A stretch of DNA of 64,000 bases from Octopus sinensis. Lineage: Eukaryota. Shown in pieces: positions 11,585-25,400 of this stretch. Below the pieces are notes generated by a model. It saw only the letters and a program-made list of their open reading frames with translations, was not told the DNA's origin and made no database searches. The position numbers were made by a program, and so were the translations under genes. The stretch's first letter is position 1. Every line of letters starts with the position of its first letter. The stretch covers positions 895,062 through 959,061 of the forward strand of contig NW_021829832.1 in assembly GCF_006345805.1 (NCBI RefSeq), given 5' to 3'.

Positions 11585-14500
11585 TTAACATTCGATTTTT
11601 ATTAATTTTGAATCTGCAATGAGTCACTTTACAGAATACGCGTTGGTCGTCTTTTTCTTCGCTCTTCTGGACTCTTCTTGAAAGCTTGACCTGTCTTAAG
11701 AGACTCGAGTAGTGAATCAACAATTCCTTCTTCTCCTTTGGATACTAGGAAAATGTCAAATTGGAGAAAGAAATTCCACCGGTAAGTTTAATTTTCTTTT
11801 TCTCTTCTTCTGCTTTTTCTTTGGCAATTGCAGCTCTTTCTTTCTTTTCCTTGGCAGCTTTTTTTTTAAGGTTGTCTTGGATTGCAGTCTAATAATCAAT
11901 TTTGAAAATCAGGAACAGAGAATTGATCAGTGAAAGTCGTGATAATCGAAAAGAATTCGTTGCATTTTATGGTTTTTTCCGCAAATGCAAAGTGAATAGT
12001 CACGGAGTGATACGTTTTTGTCATTTTCTCAAACATTTTTTCGAGTAATTCTATTTGCCTTTCCATATCTTGGAGCAGTTTCTTTTTCGTGAAGAAACCA
12101 TATTCTAACCTCAAACACTGCCACGAATTGGTCTGCTGGGTCATCCGTCTCATGCCCCGAAACGATTTGAAAAATTTTTTTGTGTTGGTTCTTAAGCATT
12201 TCAAGTGATTTAGTTACATCATCCTTGTTTACTGGCAACTGTAAATGTAAATTTACCAAGTGAAGCTTTCGAGCAAGAAATCAGCTCAGAAGGAAACTTG
12301 GCAGCTTCTGGGCATTTTTTTTCCGTCAACTGAGCAATGTAGTTAAGAAAGTTAATTGAGTTGTCAGAGGATTTTGTGTCCACCAACTTAACTAGACTCT
12401 TGATGTTAAATGCGTAGGTCGCGGAATTCCGCGAATTGGCATTTAGGATGTTTCCCACTGAAAGAATTAACTGAAAAATGTTTCGTAAATTTTCGCTCCT
12501 AACGACTTGTTCAGAAGCATCGGTGACAGTTGCAATCGCCTACGCAAATATCAGATTCAGAATTACAGTTTTAGTCTCCGCCACTAACTCAGGGTAGAAC
12601 ATACGAATGAGAATGCACTCCAGACGTTTGTTGAATGATCGGATTCCTCCGAGCTGAGCAAATTGATTTATAGAGTGCATACCACAGACAAGTATTGCTC
12701 GCATTCTTGAAGCTCCTCCATTTTTCCACTCATTTCATTAAGCATATTTAACTGTTCTGCACTCGGCAAATTCTTGATAAATTGTTCAACAATGTTTTGG
12801 GATATTATTGGAGAGTCAACTGCTAAAAACGCGCTTTTTAATTCTTGAGGAGTTTTTTTTATTTGGCCAAACATAATTGCTGAAATTAAATATTACTGAG
12901 GACAACCAAAATTTTGTGCGACTTTTCCATCCAGAACCCTCAATTCCTTTATTTTTTTTGCAGTTGAAACAGCTGAGGTTGAAGTTTCTAGAACCATCAT
13001 TCTTGCAAACACTACTTGTAGGAGTTTTGGATGCAAATAAGCTAACAGTCATTTCAATTATAGCGTCGTCGATGTATTCCTCGTCATTTAGTTTAGTCCA
13101 CAAAGAGTCTTCATTCAAAACATTTACTTTTAGCTACCAAATGAATTACTGAGTGACTTTGTCCCAATTTAGTCTTTTTGTAGGAGGTTGTTCTTTAGGG
13201 TAGATAGGCTTGGACTTCATTCCAAATGGCAACACTGGCTGGATTCCCTTTCCTCCAATCTGAGGAGGCGAACTCCCTCCCATCATTGGCGGTGGTGGGG
13301 CTACTCCTCCCATCATTGGTGGTGGTGGGACTACTCCTCCCATTATTGGTGGTGGTGGTGGGACTGCTCCTCCCATCATTGGCGGTGGTGGGGCTACTCC
13401 TCCCATCATTGGTGGTGGTGGTGGGACTACTCCTCCCATCATTGGTGGTGGTGGTGGGACTGCTCCTCCCATCGTTGGTGGTGGTACTACTCCTCCCATC
13501 ATTGGTGGTGGTGGTGGGACTGCGCCTCCCATTATTGGTGGTGGTGGTGATGGGACTACTCCTCCCATCATTGGTGGTGGTGGTGGGACTGCGCCTCCCA
13601 TTATTGGTGGTGGTGATGGGACTACTCCTCCCATCATTGGTGGTGGTGGTGATGGGACTGCTCCTCCCATCATTGGTGGTGGTGGTGGTGGGACTGCTCC
13701 TCCCATCGTTGGTGGTGGTACTACTCCTCCCATCATTGGTGGTGGTGGTGGGACTTCTCCCCTCATCGTTGGTGGTGGTACTACTCCTCCCATCATTGGT
13801 GGTGGTGGTGGAACTGCTCCTCCTATTAATGAAGAGACTTTTATACTTGATTCCATCAATTGTGACTGTTCAGGAACCGTTTTCGGGGGTTCAAGTTGTT
13901 TCTGTGATAATACCTTAAATATCAGTTAAAACTGAGTTGCCATTTCTTTTAAACTAGCTTCCAATTTCTCAACTTTAATCTGTAGCAGTGAAACGTTTGT
14001 CTCGAACTCTGACTTTGAAGTAAGTGCGGCAGAAAGCTTATTTTCATATTCTGTTTTTATTTGAGAAATTTCCTTTGCCGACTCTTCCAATCTGTCTTCA
14101 AAGACGGCTAATTGGTTTGAAATAAATGTATGTACAAAGTATTTCTTCAATATCCATTTCGAATAATTTATAGTCTGGATCGGGATCTAAATTACTTTTC
14201 TGGACCACGATCTGACCAACACAACACTCAATTAGTTTGGTGTACAACTCACTAAACTTACCAACATTGACGTTACTGAATCACTGACTCCTCTTTGACG
14301 AATATGAGATGTTGAAAGATGGAAATGAGATTCTTTTCGGTTCTGGATTCGGGGCGGACGTTTTTAAACGTTTCTAAACACATTTCTAGGGAGCTAAGAG
14401 TCCATTAATATCAGAATACTAAAAATCTTTTTTGCACTCCTCTAGTGAGTTGCTGAAAGCTTTAAAGTCGTTTTCTTTAACTTCGTCGAAAATCTTTACA

Positions 14501-15642
14501 TGGCTTCGAACTTCCTCATCCGGTGAGTCTTTTAGGGACTAGATTGAACAGAGAAATCACAACTTGAATCATTTCACCCAATCCCATTCGCATAAACTCT
14601 GCTCGGAGATGGTGGCGGAAATCCCATTCGTCAGGAGTTGCCACAATCGCATTAATAAGTTGAAGACAAATAGACTTAAAAATCCCCCATTAAAAGTAAA
14701 CTCTCAATTGGGGATAGTTTTCTTGTCTTACCCCTTCCATGATTGGTTTGAATCGCGGAATCTGTCTCTTCTGGGAAAAGACAGTCAAATCATTTAGCAA
14801 TAAATTATGACTGGAATGGGTTAGAAGATGGTACCCGTTTGGATAAAGAGTGATTACTGCCAAGATTCGCATTACTTCAAAAGAAAGAGTCTCACATCCA
14901 AACTGTGTGCACTCAAACAGACTGCAGATAAAGTTTTTAAACGAAAAGGCTTCTTCGAGTCCATACTAATCTAAGTAACTGAGGACAACTCGAGAGTTTA
15001 TGAATAATGAAATGCAGCGAACGGCTTCGATGGAACAGCCAATGTCCTTTGACCTAGTTTATCATCATTAATCACATTTTACGTGCTCTTTAATGCAACG
15101 TTGATTAGCAACTCCAGTCCTTCTCGTCCGAATGATTTGATCCACCTGCAAGTCTCCACAATCTACACTGTGCCTAAGCTGATTGCTCTGCAAATTGACT
15201 CTTAGTTTTTTGAGCAAGTTCAGTTTTTTGTTGTGTTTCCAGTCCGCATTCTTTATCTCCTCAGTAATATTTTTTGGGTCAAATATTTCTAACTGGAAAC
15301 ATAGAATATTAATTGATACAGCCGTGGTCTGATGCTTACTCAATCGTAGCATGTTAATCTTTTGCTCTATCGACTGGTCTCTGAGGGGCAGTCGTTTTTC
15401 GTTGGTCAGGTTCATTTCATCCTAAATTAACATTTTTAAACTTAACCATTAGGTTTTCAAATTTATCGACAAGCTCTTCAACGCTCAGTTGAGTGAAATC
15501 ATCTTCAATGTCACAAGTACTCTCACAAGTTTTGAGATCCTCGGTTTTTTTAATTCCACGTTTTTTCTTTACTCTCAAATTAAATTTCTATGGAGTTGAT
15601 AATTTTTAGAATATTGAGTATCCGTACCTTTGAGTTCTCCAT
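11585..15642 (-). CDS. DIAPH: Diaphanous-related formin (GBD/FH3-FH1-FH2-DAD), ~20 mini-introns
   Basis: MNLTNEKRLPL; LRVNLQSNQLRWIKSFG; FRHHLRAEF; polyproline FH1; KRLNWDK; GNILN; LVDTKS; DAD motif GIVDSLLESLKTGQAF followed by a basic stretch. Confidence 0.9.
13270..13812 (-). repeat. Coding tandem repeat forming the formin FH1 domain (about 15 units of ~30-39 nt)
   Basis: Repeated P4-6-(M/I/T)MGG(A/V)V units visible in both DNA and protein. Confidence 0.95.
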
Positions 15643-16739
15643 GAGAGCCTAAATGGAGTCACTAAATACCAAAATTGTGTTGAATAATATCTATTTTCTG
15701 TCATGGAATTAATAAAGAGAAAATTAGGTTAATTAGGACGAAAATATACCGAATTTTTAGTTTTAAAATTATTTATTTCATAAATATGATTGGACATAAA
15801 ATTTTTAGAACAAATTAATATATAAAATGTTGCAAATCTCTCACGAAACAATCCGTTCTCGATAATTCAAGTAAATCAAGCTTTAGTTAATTTTTAAAAT
15901 ACATGGGCTGTTCTGCAGAATAAAAATTCGTCAGGTCCTCTCAACATCGTGAACAAAACTCAGTTGTCTCATACGCTCTAGAATTTTTTATTCAGTTAAG
16001 AACTGTCGGTCTAGAAACGGGAAACGTCTATATAGAATCACGATTTTTCTTTTGAGGCGTGATATGTGTTAAGTTGGATGCATTTTCTCAGACACCTTCT
16101 CACCCATGAACTTCTTTCAACCTTTTGCACAAATATTCTAGGTATAAAAATCTAGAAAAGAATTCACTAAAAAACGAGAATGTAGTTATCCTGCTGAAGA
16201 GTATGTTATGGATGTTGGATTACGGCTGTCGTAGGTTCGATTCAAAGAAAGCGACTTTTAGCTATGGTCAAGTCTTGTCAACGTTCTCCGCCCGCGAGGA
16301 AATGAGTCCTTTTGGCACGACAAAGTTTTAAAAAGGGGATCTCCTATTTTTCATGATCAAATCATCAATAACAAATCTTCATTATGCATAAACCTTTGAA
16401 AAACAAATAAAGTGCAATCAGTGACAATAGGAAGCTACAAATGGGAGCTGGGAATATCATATTTTTAACACCTCTTTTTGGATACAAAAGTCTGTAAGGA
16501 AGTATTTTGGAAGTGTATGTTGATTGACACATACAACTCCTTCTTACGGTCTCTGCATTCGATTAACAAGTTATGACCATTGTTTATTCTTGGATTGCTA
16601 TTATAATATGCAATTTGGGGGTTAATAAATAAATTGCCACTGTTTAGTTATGCATAAATATGATTATAAAAGCACAAAATTTTGCACTTAATGAGCTAGC
16701 AAAGAACATTAAAGAGGCCTGAAGATCCTAAAAATAAAG

Positions 16740-18720
16740 ATAGGGGCACCGTCCAAAACATAGAACTAGGTGATCCTGGCTTCTCTGAGGAAGGTCCTCA
16801 TCTTTGCCCGGTGCTCCTCCCTAGTCCCGACACAATTTCTATGAGGGCGCGGTGGTGAAGTTTTAGGGCCTGTAGGCCCAAGGTTCTTTTCCAAAATTTC
16901 TTTAAATGAGGCGATGGATAGATGTTCATTCGGTCCTTGTAGTGCTTTCCGAAATCTTTCTTGAGTTTTTTCGATTTTTTCGCGGTTCGTTTCACTGACA
17001 AACTCTCCCCAAACCCCACAAGCATAACTAATGGAGGGTTCGATGTATTGCCGGTATATTGATTAGCGTGTGGGGAAGCTGATCCATTGTTTGCATTTTC
17101 GGAGGAACACTTTTAAGATGTTCAGTTTCTTCATGCAGCTGGAAGTAACATTTTCAACTTGTTGGGAAAAACACATATGACTATCGTAAGTCACGCCGAG
17201 GATTTTCTGGGATTTTTTAAAAAGGATTTCCATGTTGTTTAGATATAAGTTCACCACTATTTTCCCAAGCTTCCTTGCTGAAGTCATAAGCGTAGTGGCC
17301 GATTTTTCAGGACTCGTTGATAGTCGATTTATCGAGAGCCAACTTTCGAGATTGTGGAGGTAGTTCTGCATTTTGAGCTTGCCGTGTTCACCTCACGGCT
17401 CCGAGTAACAATTACAATATCGTCAGCGTATACGATTGAGTCTTTGTCGTTTGACAACGGGAGATCCGATAAGAATAAGTTAAAAAGAGCTGGCGAAAGG
17501 GGTGAGCCTTGAGGGACTCCGTTTGGAAAATATCGTGACATCGATTTTGTATTGTTTTGTTGGATAATGCCTCTTCGGCCGCTGAGGAAGTTAGCTAGCC
17601 ACTTTTTCAGCTTTGGGTGAATTTCACTAAGGTATATTTTCCTGGTCAGTATTTTCCTGGGTACGTAGTAAAAAGTCTCATGAATATCCACTAAGCATAT
17701 AACTGTTGTTTGGTTATACTGTTTGGCAGATAGTCCACCTGAATGAAGTTCGTCAAAGTGACAAGGTGCAAAGTGGTTGATTTACCACATTTAAATCCAT
17801 GTTGAAAATACAAATCCGGGAGATATTGTTTGATGTGATTGAGTATAAGTTTTTCCAGAACTTTGAATAGGACGCAGAGGAGAGAAATTGGCCTGTAGGA
17901 CGCCGGGTTCTCTTTTGGTCTCCCTGGTTTCAGAATAGGACGAATGTGTGCCATTTTCCACAATGTGGGTATTGCGTCGTTGTTTATAGAAAAGTTATAA
18001 ATTTGACAAAGAGCTGATATTGCCACCAGTCCTAGGTTTTTCACCAGAATAGTAGGAATTCCGTCAGGTCCACAAGAGCCAGTGCTTCTTGAATTTCTGA
18101 TAGTCTGAGACACCTCCTCATGGGTGAGGATAATCATGTCCCGACATCTTCGAGGTTCAACGACTTCAAACATGGTCCATCATATTTCCTGTAGGGGATG
18201 TTGCTGATCCCAGCGTAGAACTTTATCAGTTTGTTGATAAAGTGAGCCGCATTATCCTCACCCGATTTAAATCTCTCCGGGTTTGTGAATCTTCTTAGGG
18301 ATGCCCATACTTTTGTTAGTGGGACCTCCGCATTTAATCCTCTGGCGAACTTTTCAGCCCTCCCGTACCGTTTGTCTTTTGCAGATTGTTCTATAACTTT
18401 ATTCAGTAGTCTGATCCGATGCCGGTTATCTCTTGTAAGATGAGAGCGAGTTCCGTTCCTCGATTAGAGGTAGAATCCTCGAAGGAAATTTACTTACTGG
18501 TTTTGGATAAATTTTCCTCATTTTTAAAAATGATTTTTTTCCAATCAAAATTGTTCGGTTAAAATGTTTGAGGGCGTTGTCGACCAAGTCAAAATCGTGT
18601 ACATCAAAGTTAATCAGTGATTTGCCAATATAATGAGCAAATTTGGCCCAATCTGCGTGCTTGTAGTCGTATTTCAGGTTGGGGAACCCCTTTCTGAGGG
18701 GCGATTTGACTTGGAATCAA
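16740..18720 (-). mobile_element. Decayed LINE reverse transcriptase
   Basis: SCGPDGIP, YRPISLL, GVPQGSPLSPALFN and YADD split over frameshifted ORFs. Confidence 0.85.
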
Positions 18721-18834
18721 TGAATCAAGCATAGATTGTTATATTAGTTGTATAATAAAAACGAGTAAATAAAAAAGTTTAATAAAACGTGTAAACGCAT
18801 AAATAATTTATCATTTGATTATTCAATACTGATT

Positions 18835-20380
18835 TATTGAGAAATGATGCCAAACTGCTGGATGGACTGGATAGTTACCGTTATTTGGGTGTATTGGAAA
18901 ATAAGTTTAGTCAGGTTGTTAAAGAAGTTTTGAAAAATTTACGGATTGAGGTTCAACAACGTATCGAAAGATTGTCGAAGACGAAACTAAATTCGGTGAA
19001 TTTGTTTAAGGCAATTAATGAACATGCTTTATCCTTGTACAATTATTATATCGGCCTTCTGGATTTGGAACCGTCCGCTTTTGATGAAATTGACAAATTT
19101 GGCAGGAAGCTGTTAATGGATCTAAATATTCATATGAAACCAGCCTGTAAGGAGAGGCTATATTTGCCGAGGGATAAACTTGGAAGAGGGCTTGCCTCGA
19201 TTACCTTCAGGTCGGAAAAAATGCTGTTTGACTTTCGTGAAAATCTGGAGAGGCGAAAGTTAATCTCCCCAAGAAAGGCGGCAATTCTGTGGGCCGAGCA
19301 GAAAAGAAAGTCCCATATGGCCACGATCACAGAATTCCTGCATTGTAAATATGGAACGAACACCCAAGAAGAGATAACCAAATCACTGAATAGATTGCAG
19401 ATTGATTCCTTACTGTCCAATATCAAGAAGAAAACACTTCACTCGAAGCTATTTGAATCCCTTGATGATAACAATTTTGATATTCAATCGTCTTCAACAT
19501 GGCTTAAGAAAGGAAATATATCTCCTAAATCTGAAGCTATGTTTTCATTTCTTCAAGACAGGAATATTTTTTTCAGAGACCCTAATTCAAAATGTCCACA
19601 CTGTAAATCTTCCAATAAGACGGTTGATCACATGGCAACTAGATGCAACAGGATGCTTAATTCGGATTATACGAGAAGACACACTGAAATTGTGAGATGC
19701 ATCCACATGCACTTGTGCCGTAGATTTGGATTCAAAAAATCCAGAAGACTGAAAAATCACTCTGTCCAGAGTATTATGTGCAACACCTTGGCAGAAATAC
19801 GAGTTGATATAACAATTCCAACAGAGTTGAAAATTCAATGTAACAAACCCGACATTTTCCTCTACGACAAAAGAGAGAACCTAATATGGCTTATTGAAGT
19901 GGGTCTGACTTCAATAGATAACCTAAAGAGTGTGGAAGTAGAAAACTGCACAAATACGACATTTTAGCTAGTGAATTACAATTGATTCACAAGGCTAAGG
20001 TGAAGATTGTGCCAATTGTCATTACGTGGGATGGAATCGTTTCAACAATCTACCGCAAGTACATGGAGCTCCTTGGGATTGAAGAACGTGTTCGGTCTTA
20101 CATCCAGACTGTAACGCTGAAGGCCACTCTGGAGAGCATGTTTGTCGAGTACAAACATGGCTTCAGTGACATTCTGGACTCTGCAAATTCCGTAAATAGG
20201 GACTGGCGGAAATATAATTTCTCTATGAAGATCAGCAAGTCCCTTAAGAGGCCCAGAGACTGCACGCACCAGGAGATTGAGGATCATGGCGGAGAAGATC
20301 AAAGTGGAGTTATGGGGAACTCGGGAAGCAAAAATTTGAGAGTCGTCTAATTATTAGTTTACCTTAATTACAATATTATG
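18835..20380 (+). mobile_element. 5'-truncated R4/Dong-like RLE retrotransposon copy
   Basis: Near-identical to 39844-41360 with one frameshift near 19945. A 13-bp direct repeat ttcaatactgatt at 18822-18834 and 20381-20393 is the probable TSD. Confidence 0.88.
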
Positions 20381-20788
20381 TTCAATACTGATTGTGATGA
20401 TAAATCAAATACAGACTAAACTGTTTAGTGGTACGGTGACTAGTTTTGCTTAAGTCATGGAACAAGACGACAAATCACCGCTGGATACTGATTTGGAGTT
20501 TCATCAAGATCAATTCCGTCAAATAATGTCAAAAATAAACTTGAAAAACATTCCACGGTACTTGTCGTGGATCGAGACGAAAATTATTCAATACAAATAT
20601 ATATTCGAAATTAGAGATCCCCCTTCTCCCAAAGCACATCATGAAAATTCACAACCCAACAAACCCAAAAAGAAAATTTGTTCCAATTGTCAATTATCGA
20701 GATTCACTTAGATGTTTATTGACTTATTCAAACATGTGGTAATTCAGATTTTGATTTTTTGTACTATGCCTTTTTTTTATCAAAAAGT

Positions 20789-21064
20789 TTAATTAGCAGC
20801 AGAGGATAAGATGGAATGGCAATTCCCACGCAAGATGGCTATTGATATGCGTTGGGAAAACCATGTCCGTTCTCGATAATCGTTTCTCCTTCTAGTTGCC
20901 AAATCCCACAGTTTAATAAGGAATTTTTTAGTTCTGGGACCGAGGACTCCCGACGTCTCCACTGCGATCGGGTCAAAGATATGCCGGTGCAATAATGCAC
21001 TGTATTTCTTGACTTTTAATGTTTCCGCCAGGTTAGCTGCGGAGCCCGGGACTGCGGCTGACAT
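20789..21064 (-). mobile_element. 3' fragment of a CRE-like element (second subfamily)
   Basis: KKYSAL..FDPIAVETSGVLG..WFSQRISIAILRGN. Confidence 0.8.
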
Positions 21065-21329
21065 AATTCTAGATTTTAATTGTTCTGTTATTTAATATTT
21101 CACTTTTCCTTCTGATAGGACAGTGGGATTGTCTAAGGCTGGTAATATTCCCTTTACTGAATAATTGCTAGTTTTACTAATTAGATGGGATTCTTGTTAG
21201 ACTGAACTTGCCAACATAAATCGAGAGTGTCACATTTGACAAAATATAGAGTATTTCATTTATAAGTATGAAGAGCAACGTGCTAATTAGCATGTGTGCT
21301 TTACCTAAAAATCAGAATAACAAAAATAT

Positions 21330-22995
21330 TATTAATAATATACCAGGATGGACAACCGCATTAGAGAGGCAGACGTCCGATATACAGAACACCGTTCTGT
21401 CCATTGCAGAAGGGATTGAGTGCACGACCCGGGAGGACTGGGTTAAATCCGTCTTTCACAAGTGTTGGGAAAAGCTTCCAGGAATGGGTGGCCTAGCCTG
21501 CTTCAGTGCTTCAATAGGCGCTTTATCTCGAAATTATCGTTGAATACACTGAAGAAGCTGGCCAAGACCCCTCATTAAGTTGCATTAAGTTGAATATCTT
21601 CATTTTCGAGATCGCGTAATATATTGCGTAATAGATTATACAATTTTGGGAGGTTCCTAGATGTGAGTATATGGGGGTAATCATTATGCAGACAGAGGCA
21701 GGGCTGATCGCTTGTGTCTCTTTCTATGCTCGGCATCAATTAGTCCTTTATGTTACATACCGAGGTTGGAAGCGGACATTGGCTCTGACCACGTGCCGCA
21801 AACGATGTTGATAAAGATGACTATGAATGTTACGGAGGACTTCTTCATTAGTTACAACCTCGTGAATATGAACTGGAGTTTATTCGAATCATATTTGCGG
21901 GATTCTCTTCGAAATGTCGTGTCCCGGCCTCTGAGAAGCAGAGATGATATTGACAATCTCGATGATCACCTTAGATCGTCAATCATAAAATTCCTGGATG
22001 TTTATGCATCAAAAAATGTATGGAAACCCAAAAGAACGCAAAAGCGGATGAATTCGAAACTTGTCACTCTGATCAGAACGAAAGGTACCCTGGAAAATCC
22101 CTGGAGAAGATGTCGGGTTGAGTCAATCAAATGCCGCCTGAAATTGGAGATCGACAAGATAAAATCTACTATTGCAAAAATGGCCAAGACTGAGGTCGAA
22201 AGTAAATGGAGGTCTGAATGCAGAAAACTGGATAAGCGAAACCCTAATTTCTGGAAAGCATATCAACGCCTTACCAGAAATGATGCCAAAGGATTTGAAA
22301 TTTCACTAAAAGAACCAGACGGGAAATATATCTCCTCTGATTGTATTCCGGAAGTACTCAGGAACCAACTTAGTCAGGTTCAAGAGGTCGAATCTACCGT
22401 TCCACGAGGGACTTATGACCGAATTGTGAAGAAGCTTGGCTCTTCGCAATTATCGGAGGGACCATTATGTGGGGCGATAACACAGGAAGAGGTTGAAAGG
22501 GCAATTGCTGGGTTGAAGAACAAGGCGCCTGGCTTCGACTACATCCCTCTGAAGTTGTTAAAGAAGGCCCCTGAAATCTTGATACGAGCATTGACTATGT
22601 TGTTTCACGCCAGCTGGACGTTCGGACACCTTCCATCGGCGTGGAAGCATACGATTGTTCGAATGATTCCAAAATCTGGTAAATCGACACTGCTGGCACA
22701 GAACTACCGGCCAATTAGCCTCATTTGTGCTTTCTCTAAGACAATGGAAAAGATTGTCTTTAACAGACTCTCTGGTCATATAGAATCACAAAATTTGCTT
22801 TTACCCGAACAATGGGGATTTCGTGGAGGAAGATCCACAGGGGACTGCCTCAGGGAGTTAGAGAACCAATTATCCCGTGCTGACAGAAATAAAGCATAGC
22901 TAACTGTGGTGTGTCTAGATCTGGCCAAAGCCTTCGATAGCGTGTGGCGCCTGGGCCTACTCTCCAGAGTCCATGACATCGGAGCCGGGATCAGT
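21330..22995 (+). mobile_element. Decayed APE-RT LINE, 3'-truncated
   Basis: IGSDHVP, KAPGFDYIP, YRPISLI, QWGFRGGRST and LDLAKAFDSVW; in-frame stop at 22899. Confidence 0.85.
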
Positions 22996-22999
22996 ACTA

Positions 23000-25400
23000 T
23001 TTTCTTTAACAGTATTGAATCCCGGAATCCCACGATATCTTTCGAACGGACTAACACCTACAAAAAATATGAGACAATTTACCTGTGGAGGAGTGAGGAG
23101 TTTGATTGTATAAAAAAACAGCCTTTGAAACGTATTTTACCCACTCCTCTTTACTTTCCAAACTCATCATTTTCGATAAACTTCGTGTGATCGTCTGGTT
23201 GAATCTCTCCACAATCCCTTGACTTTGCGGATTGTTTGGCCTTCCATGTATTTGAGTCACATTATAGTCCAGAGGTTTCCAAGCTTTTTTTTAACGCGCC
23301 TCCCTTAGAGAAAAAGTACAATCTTGCGCCTCCCTTTATATTCCATAATATAATACAATTATTATTTATATATCAAAAACAATTTTTTAAAACAAAGTTA
23401 ATGAGATAATTTTTTTTCCATCTTGGCGCAAAGTTTTTCAAATCTGGTGTCATCGCAGAGAGTGCTACTCTTAGCTCATTAGTCACTACTAAACGAGTTC
23501 GATATTTAGATTTAATTGCAGCTAGTGCAAAATCCAGTTTCGCATAAATATGAAGTAAATGGCAACAAAACTTTCATTGCTTTATTCGACAAAATTTCAT
23601 ATTCCGTTCTTACATTCAACCAACAAAAATTAGCGGTTCTCTCTCAAATTTTTGTTTCAATAATGTATCGCATGACAATTCTATCAATTTTTTCTTTTCA
23701 AAAGTTGTCAATGCAAATTGATTATCTTCTTCATCAATAAATGGATTCTGTATCCATTCGAACATTTTACAGTCGAGATCTTTAAAATAGTGAGCAAAAT
23801 GCTTCAACAAACAATCCAAATGTTCAGCAAATGTCTTTGTTTGCTTCAATGTTCACTATGGCGCAAAAGGTGTTTAAAAGTGGAAACATGTCATAGATAT
23901 TTTTTTGTATATTTGATTTCCATAATACCATTTTTTTCATAAATGCTTTTATTTTGTCCTTTTGAGAGAATAAATGTAGTTGTGGTCCCTGCATTGATTT
24001 ATTCAATATACTCAATTTCCCAAAAATGTCAACTAAAAGGCAAATTTGACAATAAAGTCATCATCCCTGAACAACTTTGCATCTTCAATATCATTTTCAT
24101 CAAGAAAATCTGCAACTTGATCTTTGATTCAAACACCCTTCTAATCAAGTTTTTTTAAACGATTTCGTTTGGTTATCAAACTCTTCTAATTTTCTTTTAA
24201 AATTCTTCAGACTTATGGACATGTTCAGAATGCATCGTTTCAAAATGTCTTCTTAATTTGCATGGCCTCATACTATCTGCTGCAAGTGTTTTGAGGCAAA
24301 GCAAACAGAGGGTTTTTCCATAGAATCAACAAAGATACGTGTGAATCCTAACAATAAGTAAGATGGAAAGTATTTTCTTGTCTTTGGAGTGGTATTGATT
24401 ATTCCAATCATTTTGATTTTTTGAACCATCGTCAAAATCTTATTATTCGTGAATTTTCTTTTGCAACCACTCAAGAATTTATTCATGTGTTAAAATTATT
24501 TAATTGTCTAATAAATTAAATAAATTTTTGAAAAAATATAATTTTTAAATTAATAACTCTTATTATCGGAATATAGTCACTTTTTTACATAGATATAATT
24601 TTCTAAAAAATGTTTCTGAAATACTTTTCGCGCCTCCCTTGACACGAGTCAACGCCTCCCTAGGGAGGCGCGCCTCCCCATTTGGAAACCTCTGTTATAG
24701 TCTGTCATAAATTTGTCATGTGAATGTTCTTGAACTCTGTTCCGTTGTCCGATTGCAAATATTTAGAAATTTCTTCTAATTTTTCGGCCACTTCAAAACC
24801 ACTTTTATTTAAGAGTTTTTTCGAAAAAGAATATTTCGAATAAACGTCGACTACAGTAAGCAACCAAGAAAAATGATTATTTTGAACTTTAAATCTATAA
24901 AATAACAATAAAAAATAAAGACCTTTTAAGATCAATCAGATCGACTTAAAATCTCTCATTAGGCGCATCGGCAACAATATGAGTTGAATCATCGTATTGT
25001 TTTAGTGGTACTGAGAATTGACAAATATTGCAATCTCTAACAACTTCCCGAATGATCTCTCTTTTTATTGTATAAAATCTTCTCCTACAAAGAGCTTCCA
25101 ATGCATTGTGTCCGCAATGATTGGCCTCATGAATCCCTCGAGCAATATTTTTCATTTCTTCAATGTTCGTGGACACAATGACGAGCTTGTGTAGCCCGTT
25201 TACATCCTTCAGATACAATTTCCCCTCAATTATTGTGAAATTCTCTGCCTTTTTTTTCAGTCGATACTTCTTATGCTTGTGAAGATCGACATTCTCATTT
25301 TCAAGTATGGATTTTAGCAAATTGTATTCACCTTCATCTTTCACATGCAAACGCGTATACGAATGGCACACAAAAAACAAAATTTATCTAACGTGAGTAA
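23000..25400 (-). mobile_element. Ginger/retroviral-type integrase (HHCC zinc domain plus DDE core), split by a hAT insertion
   Basis: HEANHCG..C..C, VVDVYSKY, LQSDNGTEFKN and HGRPNNPQSQGIVERFNQT; no RT or gag nearby. Confidence 0.8.
23270..24694 (-). mobile_element. Internally deleted hAT (Buster/ZBED-type) transposon
   Basis: 13-bp TIR cagaggtttccaa / ttggaaacctctg; 8-bp TSD ttatagtc (23262-23269, 24695-24702) with central TA; transposase remnants (LNKSMQG, WIQNPF); gcgcctccc subterminal repeats. Confidence 0.92.

Noticed and set aside
13270-13812. Possible CRISPR-like array
   Set aside because: Coding tandem repeat without unique spacers; eukaryotic context; no cas genes.
13188-13918. 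Plus-strand Trp/His-rich and Val/Leu-rich repeat ORFs
   Set aside because: Antisense shadows of the formin FH1 polyproline repeat.
16000-16450. Coding-like stretch upstream of the formin
   Set aside because: No recognisable motif or consistent frame; possibly an old TE relic but unsupported.
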